The translations under genes and the position numbers were made by a program. The notes beneath the pieces were generated by a model. That model was given only the letters and a program-made list of their open reading frames with translations. It did no database searches and was not told the DNA's origin. From the NCBI GenBank assembly GCA_965223845.1, contig CBDCXR010000004.1, forward strand, positions 5,920,001 to 5,984,000: DNA of 64,000 bases, given 5' to 3'. Positions 56,045 through 64,000 of the stretch are shown here, piece by piece (position 1 is the first letter of the stretch; every line of letters starts with the position of its first letter). The DNA comes from Planctomycetota bacterium. GTDB lineage: Bacteria > Planctomycetota > UBA8108 > SXIK01.

Positions 56045-59000
56045 TCAACGCACGCAGACGTCGGGACAGCCCGGCAGTTGGACGCATTCGCGCCCGAGCA
56101 CGTGGGACGCTCCGTCGCGGAAGATGTAGTTGAGGAGCGCGACGGCGTCGGCGACATTGACGGACGCGTCACCGTTTACGTCGATGAGCATCCGATTGCC
56201 CTCGTCGTTGATGGTTCCGCCTTCGCACGGAAGCTCCGCCGGGCTGCCGCGGAAGAGATGGCCGAGAATCAGGATCGGGTCCGTGACGCTGAAACGTCCG
56301 TCCTGACTGAGGTCGCCGGGAAGCTGAAGCCCACCCTCACCCGTTTCGGACGCCGAGTTCTTGGCGCCGGGAGTTCCACCGATCGCCATCGACGCCGCCC
56401 AGGACAGAGCTTCGCTCCCGTATCGCCCCGCCGAGATGCGCTCGAGCGTCGCGCCGGTGCCGTCGGCTTCGAGCGGCCAGGGCTCGCGATCGTTGAAGCG
56501 AACCGCGTCGACGAGAACGACGGGGAGCTCGCCCGCCGCGGCGGGGCGAAGGAGTCGAATCCGCTCACCTTGATTGTCGAGCGCGCCGCCGAACGGTCCG
56601 ACGACGGTCGCGCCGTTCGCGTCGAAGTCGTTCGGGTCGACGTTGACCACGACGAGGTAACCGCCGGCGGAGATCTCCGCGCCGGCGGGGAAAATGAACG
56701 CATCGCCTATCGGTGACGAGATTCCCGCGATGCGCCAGCCGGCGAGATCGACCACGTTCCGTCCGGGGTTGAAGAGCTCGATGAACTCCGGTTCTCCGTC
56801 GAGCGGGTGGTATTGGATCTCGTTGATGGCGATCTCGGGCGGTGCGGGAAGTGGATTCTCCTCGCCGATGCTCGGCGTCATGAGGGCGAGCTCCAATCGC
56901 GAGCTCGTCTCGTGCTGGCCGAAAGAGCGTTCGAACGGCGCACCGGGGTATGTGAGGCCGGTGACGAAACCGGTGAGCTCACCGGCGTCGGCCGAGGCGA
57001 GGTACACCGCGCCGCCGAGCGGTGAGACATCGAACGCCTTCACCGGGATGTCGACCGCGAGGATCTCTCCCGGCGCGATCGAGCCGGAGATCTGATAGTG
57101 CAGGAGCGATTCGGCGCTCGTCGCATCATCGCTCAGGAACCAGCCCGTGAGGTCGACGCGAGTCGAGCCTTCGTTGACGAGCTCGATCAAGTCTTGGTGC
57201 GGTGCGACTTCGTTGATGGCGATTCGTCCGATGCTCCGCGCCGGATCGACGGCGCCCGGCGAGCCCCCGACGTTCGTGCTCGCGCGCCACGCCCGCGGGT
57301 CGTCGGGATTCATCTCCGGATCCGCGAGAACGAGTGAGTAGCCGAAGCCGTCGGCCCCGATCTCCCAGAAGTTCCCGTCGTTGTAGTCGACGGAGACGAT
57401 CGTCGCGCCGGAGCCGTCCTTGATCGTGACCTTTTCGCCGCCGCCGTCGAGCGCTCCGCTGTACTGCGCGAACACCGGCACATCGGGATAGAGCTCCGCG
57501 AAGGCCTCGGCGTTTTCGGCGAGAACGAGATACTCGCCGGGGCCGATCGCATCGCCCGCCGCGAATTCGAGCCGGATTCCGCTCGTGAACTCGAGCTCCG
57601 CGAGATCGATCGTCCGCTCGGACGGGTTGTGGATCTCGAGAAAGTCGTATTCGTCCCCTGCCGCCGAGTTGTACATGATTTCGGTGATCTCGAGCGTCGC
57701 GGGGCTGGAACCCTCGATCGTAAAGATCGCTTCTCGGAGCGCGCTCCATTCCGCCCCGTCGAGCGTGCGCGCCTTGACGTGGGTGAAGTCGTCGATCGCG
57801 ATCGGTCCGGCGTACTCCATCGCGCTGGGGGAGAGTTCGTTCGTCCCGAAGACGCGCGGATCACTCCCGTCGAGCGTGTAATGAACGGGGAGTACGGCGT
57901 CGTCGGGAAGCGACATCGTGAGCTGGAAACCCGCCTCGACCTCGCCGCCGGGCGCGTTCAGCTCCGGCGCAGGTATGGCGGGATAGAACCGGCGGCTGCG
58001 AAGCTGATTGAGCACGGTTCGCGTGCGCACCGGAAAATAGGTGCGGAGGAGCCTCGTGAGCTCGCGCTCCCAATCGGCGCGGACGTAGGTCTGCGCGCGA
58101 CGGTTGTCACCCCAGCGTGCGTACTCGAGAAGGATCAGCGAGTTGATCTCCTCGATCCGCCGCATGTAGATCTCGGCGGCGCGGTTCCGCGCCGGATTCT
58201 CGGGATCCCATTCCGGCGCTTCCGGGTCGACGTAGAGCGCACCGCCGGGGGAGACGTGGCGCTGAACGCGATCGGCGTAGATCTGCTTGAACTCGGCGTT
58301 ACGCATGAGCGATTGAAAGACCTCGGTCGGCCCGCCCGAGTCGCTTCGCGAAAGGTTGTTTTCGCCCGGGGACTTGAGAACGTGCTCGGCATCCCAGTTG
58401 TGGAACAGCCACTTGCCGCCGTCGCGGGCTCGCGTCGCGTACCAGTTCTGGTGCGCCCAGTCGGTGTTCCCCGCCCAGTGATTGAAGATCATGTAGTCCG
58501 CAAAGAGCGGGAGATCGATGATCTCGGCCGCGGCGAGGAACGAATCCAGGTTGTCGCCCCTCACGGCACGTGAGCGCGCGAGAAGCTCGCCGTACGCGCG
58601 GGCGTCGCCGTCGACGACATTCGATGACTGATGGCGCATCGCGTCGTACTCGTCCTTCGATCCACCTCGATTCTCGGCCGCCCAGGACGCGTCGGCGCGC
58701 TCGTGGATGCCGTAGAGTCCCCAGTGAACGCCGTTCAGGTAGAGATTGACGAAGACTCCGCGCGGCGCGTGTCCACCGGTCTCGATCTGGAGATCGGAGA
58801 TGTACTGATCGCGCACGTACTGAGACTGGATGCGCTGTCCGTGGTCCGGGTGATTGAGCGTCAGATTGAGGCCGGCGTCGAGCACGAGTGTGTCGAAGCG
58901 ATCGACGTCGTAGTCCGGATAGAGGGGGAACTCGAGCTTCGAGGCGCCGTAATCGCCCTTGAAGAGAAGCCGCATCGAGACCTTTCGCGACTTCCAATCG

Positions 59001-60964
59001 CGCGTGCTGCTTCCGCCCTGCGCACGGATGCCGCAGTCGACCTGCGTGTGGCGGCCGTCCGGAAAGATGAATTCCGCGGAGACCGGGCGCTCCCAGCGCA
59101 CTCCCGCCTGACTCGGGTTCGCATAAAAGCCCGTCCGTGCGTCGAAGATGTTCGCCATGTCGGAGACGATGGAGAGCGTCGGCACGTTCTTGACCGCGTC
59201 CTCCGCCATCGTCGGATCCGATTCGATCACGTCCGGGTCGAGCTCGTAGTCCGCTTGCTGCGTCCCCCAGCGAATCGGGAAGCCTTCCGGGTCCCTCGTC
59301 TGGAGGAGAACCTCGCGCGGAAAAATGTAGCTGTGCGTGATCGTGCGCGAGGGGAGCAGATCGGCCGCGAGAGCGAGCGCGCGCACCGCTACGAGTCCGC
59401 GGCCGCCGGTCGGCGTGATTTCGGTCGGCCCCGAATAGAGATCGCTTTCGGCGGTGGGCTCGCTGCCGTCGGTCGTGAAGCGGATCTCGGCGCCCGCCGT
59501 CGCGCTCGCGAGCTCGAGCGTGAACGCTTCGGTGTAGACGCCACGCTCGACGCTGAACTCGGGGTCGGCGGTGAAGCCGGCGAACGGCATCGCGCCCGAG
59601 TTCGTCTCGCCGGGAGTCGGATCGGCGAAGTAAGCCGAATCGCCCTTGTCTGTCGCCCCGTACGAAAAATCGAAGCGCTGTTCGGGATACGCGGGAACCC
59701 AATCGACGAGATCGCGGGGAAACTCAGCGCTGTAGAGCGCGATCTCTTCTCCCTGAAGGCCGAGCTTGAAGCTCGCGTGGAGCGTACCGTCTTCCGATTG
59801 ACGGTCTTTTCCCGAGGCGAAGACGATGACGTGCTCATTCGGGCCGACGACGACGCTCGGGAACACCCACTTCGACGGGCGGCTCGTGTCGTCGGTGAGC
59901 GACCAGCCGATGAGATCGACCGCGACGGTGGATTCGTTTGCGATCTCGATCCAGTCCTCCTCGTCGCCGTCGTCGTCCTGAAGACCGGTCCCGTTCGCGG
60001 CGAGGAACTCGGTGATGACGAGATTGGGGAGCGGCGCGTCGGGATCGAAGTTCGCCGTCCAGCTTCCGCCCCCAAACGAATTTTGCGCCGGTGCGAGATC
60101 GACGATGCCGTGGTCGGCGCGCCACGAGAACTCGATCGGGCCGGGATCGGGCGTGCGAAAGAGAAACTCGTATTCCGTTCCGCCGCCGTTCAGGGCCAGC
60201 GCGGGAGTGCCTTCGATGAGGAGATCCTCCGCGTCGACTCCGGCGACCGGTTCATTGAAGACGACTTCGGCGCGCGTCAGCTTGCGCACCGTGCTGCCGC
60301 CGGCGGGCGTCGTGCGGACGATCTCGGGCGGGAGAAGATCCGGGCCGAACGGATCGAAGAGCTCGAGGTCGAACTTGAGGTCGCTGCTTCCGAGCGACAC
60401 GTTGAACATCTGTACCGCAACGACGTTTTCGCCGGTGACGAGAAAGTCCTTTGGGTTCTCCACCTCCATGTCCTCGATCGCCGTCGGCGAGTGACTTCGC
60501 TCGGCGGTTTCGTTAAAGGGGAGCTCGCCATCGGGAACGTTCGCGCGCAGGGCTTCCTTCCCGTTCAGCCACAGGATGAAACCGTCGTCGAACGTCACTC
60601 GCGCGTGAAACTCGACGAGCGCGTCCGCGTCGGGGACCGTGAACTTCCGCCGAAGAAAGAGTGTCGAATAGTTGCCGCGCATCGGCGGCTCGAGCTCGCT
60701 CAGATCCGTCGCGTAGGGCGGATTCCGTCCGTAGCCGAAGGGCGCGTCGCCAGTGCTCCATTCGGCGTCGCTGAACTCGCTCTTACGCCAAGCCGTTGCG
60801 TCGGGTGAAGACGCTTCGGCGAGGCCGGGGAGGTAGCGCCACTCGCTCTCGCCCGGGAGGAAGACGACCTCGGCGGAGTAAGACGGTGATGTGACGAAGA
60901 GGGCGACGACGGACCACACGAACGCCGCCGCGGTCCTGCGCGACCGACGCGAAGCTCTCACCAT
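56045..60964 (-). CDS. Secreted LTD / chitobiase-Fn3 / CotH kinase protein with a dockerin-like tail (paralog B)
   Basis: Same architecture as 51045-55967; GIRAQGG, KVSMRL, WGLYGIHE, NTDWAHQNW, NWDAE; GDLSQDGRFSVTD. Confidence 0.85.
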   Translation of the reverse strand: MVRASRRSRRTAAAFVWSVVALFVTSPSYSAEVVFLPGESEWRYLPGLAEASSPDATAWRKSEFSDAEWSTGDAPFGYGRNPPYATDLSELEPPMRGNYSTLFLRRKFTVPDADALVEFHARVTFDDGFILWLNGKEALRANVPDGELPFNETAERSHSPTAIEDMEVENPKDFLVTGENVVAVQMFNVSLGSSDLKFDLELFDPFGPDLLPPEIVRTTPAGGSTVRKLTRAEVVFNEPVAGVDAEDLLIEGTPALALNGGGTEYEFLFRTPDPGPIEFSWRADHGIVDLAPAQNSFGGGSWTANFDPDAPLPNLVITEFLAANGTGLQDDDGDEEDWIEIANESTVAVDLIGWSLTDDTSRPSKWVFPSVVVGPNEHVIVFASGKDRQSEDGTLHASFKLGLQGEEIALYSAEFPRDLVDWVPAYPEQRFDFSYGATDKGDSAYFADPTPGETNSGAMPFAGFTADPEFSVERGVYTEAFTLELASATAGAEIRFTTDGSEPTAESDLYSGPTEITPTGGRGLVAVRALALAADLLPSRTITHSYIFPREVLLQTRDPEGFPIRWGTQQADYELDPDVIESDPTMAEDAVKNVPTLSIVSDMANIFDARTGFYANPSQAGVRWERPVSAEFIFPDGRHTQVDCGIRAQGGSSTRDWKSRKVSMRLLFKGDYGASKLEFPLYPDYDVDRFDTLVLDAGLNLTLNHPDHGQRIQSQYVRDQYISDLQIETGGHAPRGVFVNLYLNGVHWGLYGIHERADASWAAENRGGSKDEYDAMRHQSSNVVDGDARAYGELLARSRAVRGDNLDSFLAAAEIIDLPLFADYMIFNHWAGNTDWAHQNWYATRARDGGKWLFHNWDAEHVLKSPGENNLSRSDSGGPTEVFQSLMRNAEFKQIYADRVQRHVSPGGALYVDPEAPEWDPENPARNRAAEIYMRRIEEINSLILLEYARWGDNRRAQTYVRADWERELTRLLRTYFPVRTRTVLNQLRSRRFYPAIPAPELNAPGGEVEAGFQLTMSLPDDAVLPVHYTLDGSDPRVFGTNELSPSAMEYAGPIAIDDFTHVKARTLDGAEWSALREAIFTIEGSSPATLEITEIMYNSAAGDEYDFLEIHNPSERTIDLAELEFTSGIRLEFAAGDAIGPGEYLVLAENAEAFAELYPDVPVFAQYSGALDGGGEKVTIKDGSGATIVSVDYNDGNFWEIGADGFGYSLVLADPEMNPDDPRAWRASTNVGGSPGAVDPARSIGRIAINEVAPHQDLIELVNEGSTRVDLTGWFLSDDATSAESLLHYQISGSIAPGEILAVDIPVKAFDVSPLGGAVYLASADAGELTGFVTGLTYPGAPFERSFGQHETSSRLELALMTPSIGEENPLPAPPEIAINEIQYHPLDGEPEFIELFNPGRNVVDLAGWRIAGISSPIGDAFIFPAGAEISAGGYLVVVNVDPNDFDANGATVVGPFGGALDNQGERIRLLRPAAAGELPVVLVDAVRFNDREPWPLEADGTGATLERISAGRYGSEALSWAASMAIGGTPGAKNSASETGEGGLQLPGDLSQDGRFSVTDPILILGHLFRGSPAELPCEGGTINDEGNRMLIDVNGDASVNVADAVALLNYIFRDGASHVLGRECVQLPGCPDVCVR

Positions 60965-61364
60965 GATTCCCTTCCCCCGCGACCCGTGAGGTCGCGCCAT
61001 CCGCCGCCGAACGCGGCGATCAGATCGACTGGTTGCGAGACCGAACCTCGAGCGTTCCGCCGCGTGGCCGAACGCCGAGCACGCTTGGTGCATAGACGGG
61101 GCGGATCTCGATCTCGGACATCGCCCGCGATCGGGACTTGTTCAGCTCGACCGTCTGCGCACTTCGGCTCCCAATTGTATGGGCGGGAAAGCGGCCCCCG
61201 AAGGGAAATGGGGCCGGTGTACGCGGGTTTGGCGGGGGGGAGCGAAGCTTTCTGGCCTCGCTCCCCGGCGAGCGCCGCGATCACAGCCTGGTATGATCTC
61301 CGCAGTTGCCGCGACCTCGAAGCCTTCGGTCGCGGATTGCCGGCGGCGTCGAGCTACGAGTTCT

Positions 61365-61949
61365 ATGTTTCGCGATGAAGAGAACAAACTCGTGGGGAAC
61401 GCGGCCGAGAGCGAAGAGGCGGCGCGCGACGACGTAGAGACCGAGTCGTCGGGTGCGGCGCCGAACGTCGCGCATCCCGTGGTGTGGATCGCGCTCGGCG
61501 CGGTGATCGGATACGCCTTCGACCTCGTCACGCGTGTTCTCTTGTCCCCGGTCCTCGCGATCGCGTGGCTCGACAATACCATCGGTCCCGATGCCGCGAC
61601 CTTCCTCGGCGTCGTGATTTCTATCTTTCTTCTTCTCGTCTTTGCGTTTGCGTTCCTCCACGGACTCTTGTGTTTGGGGCGTCGCCGCGTCCAGGCAATT
61701 GGAGCTTGGATCTCCGGTCGCATCGCGGTTTGCGTCGTCGTCCTCGTAGTTCTGGGTCTCGCCCTACGGGGCGTTCGGTCGCTCATGGTCACGAGAATCC
61801 TTCGTCAGGCGAATTCGGATTCGTTCATCGCCTTGAGCGGCGTCCTTACGTGGATCGCCATGATTGGATATCCCGTCCTTCTGCTGATCGTTTTCACCAA
61901 GGTCTACCGCCGCCACTCCGAGCCCGACAGCGGATGGGAATCGGAGTGA
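61365..61949 (+). CDS. Hypothetical membrane protein (about 4 TM)
   Basis: Start MFRDEENK; four hydrophobic segments. Confidence 0.65.
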   Translation: MFRDEENKLVGNAAESEEAARDDVETESSGAAPNVAHPVVWIALGAVIGYAFDLVTRVLLSPVLAIAWLDNTIGPDAATFLGVVISIFLLLVFAFAFLHGLLCLGRRRVQAIGAWISGRIAVCVVVLVVLGLALRGVRSLMVTRILRQANSDSFIALSGVLTWIAMIGYPVLLLIVFTKVYRRHSEPDSGWESE

Positions 61950-62063
61950 ACTTCACCCGGCTCCTCGGGATTCGACCGCGCGCGTTCGACTTCGAGAACG
62001 GCCGGGGAGTAGAATCCGGCCGGGGCGCGTTTTCGACGGCCGACCAGAGACGAGGAGGTTCCC

Positions 62064-64000
62064 GTGAGAACGACCGCGCTTCGAAGCTGGTGCATCGCAT
62101 CTGTCGTGATCGGTTCGATGGGATCGGCGTATCCACAGGACCCGATTCAGTGCTCGGGAAGCGGGACGCACCAATTGACGCTCGAAGGGAGTACCGACGG
62201 CTACTCGTTCTCGGAGGACTACCTCTACGTCTACGGGCCGACGAGTGCGGAGGTCATGATCGAAGTTCGCACGACGCTGGACATGCTCTCTGGTGTCAGC
62301 GCTCTCGATGGCTGGTCGTTCGCGGTCGAGCACGTCGAGAGCGATCCGACGTTCGGGCACTACGGCGGCGAGATATCGTTCACTCACGGGACGATCGACG
62401 GAACCGACACCGAGAACTTCGACAATCCAGCGCTCACCGAATCTCGCATCGGGTTCGATGGCTATACCCAAGGGGTCATGGTCGACGCGGGTGCCCAGCC
62501 CTCCGGTTCCAGCCTGTTCGTGTCGCGTGCGTGCTACAAGATCCGCATGCCGCAGGTGAGCGGAATGTACATTGTCGACCTCCAGTTCTCGAACGACGTC
62601 CCCGGATCCGAGTGTACCGTTGTTGAAAACGGCGCGGCGGTCGATCCATGCGTGAACGATTTACAATTGATTCTCTACGTCGGGTACGGAGGGAGTTACT
62701 GCGCACCGGGGTACGGTTGCTACTGCTCGCCGTACACGTCGACTCCCACTGGAGCGCCGATTCAGCTCCAGGCACCGGCCGTCCCGGTTTCTCCTCGGTT
62801 CGTCCGTGGAGACGCGAACGATAGTGGGCAGGTCGATCTCAGCGACGGCGTGTTTATTCTCCACTACCTGTACCTGGGCGACGACGCGCCCATCTGTGCG
62901 GACGCCGCAGACGCCGATGACAACGGCAACATCGGGATCACCGACCCCATCTACCTGTTCAACCACCTGTTTCTCGGCGGTCCGCCGTTCCCCGCGCCCC
63001 ATGCAGAATGCGGCTGCGACCTAACTCCCGATGAGGTCTCCTGTGCCGACGGGCACGCCCAGTGCGCGGATCCGTCTCCCGTGGTCACCTTTCCGGAGTC
63101 GATCGTCAGCGACCAGCCGTTCGAGATCGAGGTTTCCTTGGGTGAAGAAGAGCCCGAACCGGTTTTGGTGAGCGTTTCTGCTGTCCCGGTTGGATCACCG
63201 CTCAACGGAGAACTCAAAGGGACGACCAAGCGATGGGTCGAAGGCAGCGGACCCCACTTCCTCGCGAACCTGATCTACGGGCCAGTCGAATCGATCAAGC
63301 TTCAGGTGTCTTGGTGTGAAACGATGATCGAGTCCGATTCGATCCCGTGCGTCACGGCCGTCGAGCCAGACGACCGGGGACGAGCGGCGGAGAGCGGGGT
63401 GATCGACCCCGTGATGTTCCAATTCCGTGACGACGGCATGCTCGAATTCCGGAGCGGACAGTTCAAGTGGAAGATCGAGGATGCGAGTGCTGCCGACTGC
63501 GTCGACGTCGATGTGGAATGCGGAGTCAACGATGGGAGCTCGTGCGTACTCGAAGAGAATGAGGTGACGTTCAACAGCTCGTCTGTCACCGTGCCGCTGA
63601 GCGTATTAAATGGAGCCGACCTTGGAGTTTTGCACCGCGTGACGGGGCGGTTTTGCGATACGGGCTCCCAGGCAACCTACCCGATCATGCTCGGCGATTC
63701 GGTCGACCAGCTTGTCGTAACGCTGAAAACCGGTCGTGAGGGCGCCGTCTACACCGACGATCTCACGGAGTACTTCGGTAACGCCTACGAGAGTTTTGTC
63801 TGTCTACCCGAGGATCTCCCGCCGGGAGTCTCGCTGGTCGAATCGGGAGCGGACAGAGGCAAGCTCACCGGCACACCGGAACGTCCCGGGTACTACCGGA
63901 TGTCGATCTTCGGTGTCGATACAGATGGCGGCACTCACATCGCGCGGATCGCCGCCGCCCTCGCGGTATTTAGTCCTCGCGATGAGGAGATCGAGCCGGG
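62064..64000 (+). CDS. Secreted cohesin-like / dockerin-like / putative-Ig protein, 3'-truncated by the window edge
   Basis: Not in the ORF track (no stop). GGAGG RBS, GTG 62064, frame open to 64000 by manual translation: LDGWSFAVEH; FVRGDANDSGQVDLSD...CADAADADDNGNIGITD (about 62799-63050); LPPGVSL...LTGTPERPGYY. Confidence 0.8.
   Translation, partial: MRTTALRSWCIASVVIGSMGSAYPQDPIQCSGSGTHQLTLEGSTDGYSFSEDYLYVYGPTSAEVMIEVRTTLDMLSGVSALDGWSFAVEHVESDPTFGHYGGEISFTHGTIDGTDTENFDNPALTESRIGFDGYTQGVMVDAGAQPSGSSLFVSRACYKIRMPQVSGMYIVDLQFSNDVPGSECTVVENGAAVDPCVNDLQLILYVGYGGSYCAPGYGCYCSPYTSTPTGAPIQLQAPAVPVSPRFVRGDANDSGQVDLSDGVFILHYLYLGDDAPICADAADADDNGNIGITDPIYLFNHLFLGGPPFPAPHAECGCDLTPDEVSCADGHAQCADPSPVVTFPESIVSDQPFEIEVSLGEEEPEPVLVSVSAVPVGSPLNGELKGTTKRWVEGSGPHFLANLIYGPVESIKLQVSWCETMIESDSIPCVTAVEPDDRGRAAESGVIDPVMFQFRDDGMLEFRSGQFKWKIEDASAADCVDVDVECGVNDGSSCVLEENEVTFNSSSVTVPLSVLNGADLGVLHRVTGRFCDTGSQATYPIMLGDSVDQLVVTLKTGREGAVYTDDLTEYFGNAYESFVCLPEDLPPGVSLVESGADRGKLTGTPERPGYYRMSIFGVDTDGGTHIARIAAALAVFSPRDEEIEP

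Overview
High-GC bacterial DNA, most likely an uncultured Planctomycetota lineage. This is inferred from the planctomycete-type dockerin-like tails, the NWPEFRGP PQQ-propeller, the Tat-Gfo oxidoreductase and the LTD-CotH proteins. About 36 real genes; most other ORF-track entries are antisense or shadow frames. Main content: (1) 1-11404, the 3' part of a tightly coupled operon of giant, signal-less proteins of unknown function (end of a DUF6603-type protein, then 1105, 1887 and 642 aa), the best candidate for an undescribed system; (2) at least eight exported proteins with dockerin-like modules of three sequence subtypes, three also with cohesin-like domains, whose cargo includes three CotH kinases, an FG-GAP adhesin and an Ig-like trimer displaying Cys-rich knob cassettes; (3) a Mo/W operon with a double-domain ModA, a MoaD/ThiS protein whose GG is masked by a tail, and a HesA-type E1; (4) two families of REP/MITE-like intergenic inverted repeats, one abutting a likely ECF-sigma remnant; (5) three tandem small membrane paralogs plus housekeeping enzymes. 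No rRNA, tRNA, CRISPR array, integrase or transposase was recognised. All family calls come from motif recognition by eye, not database searches.
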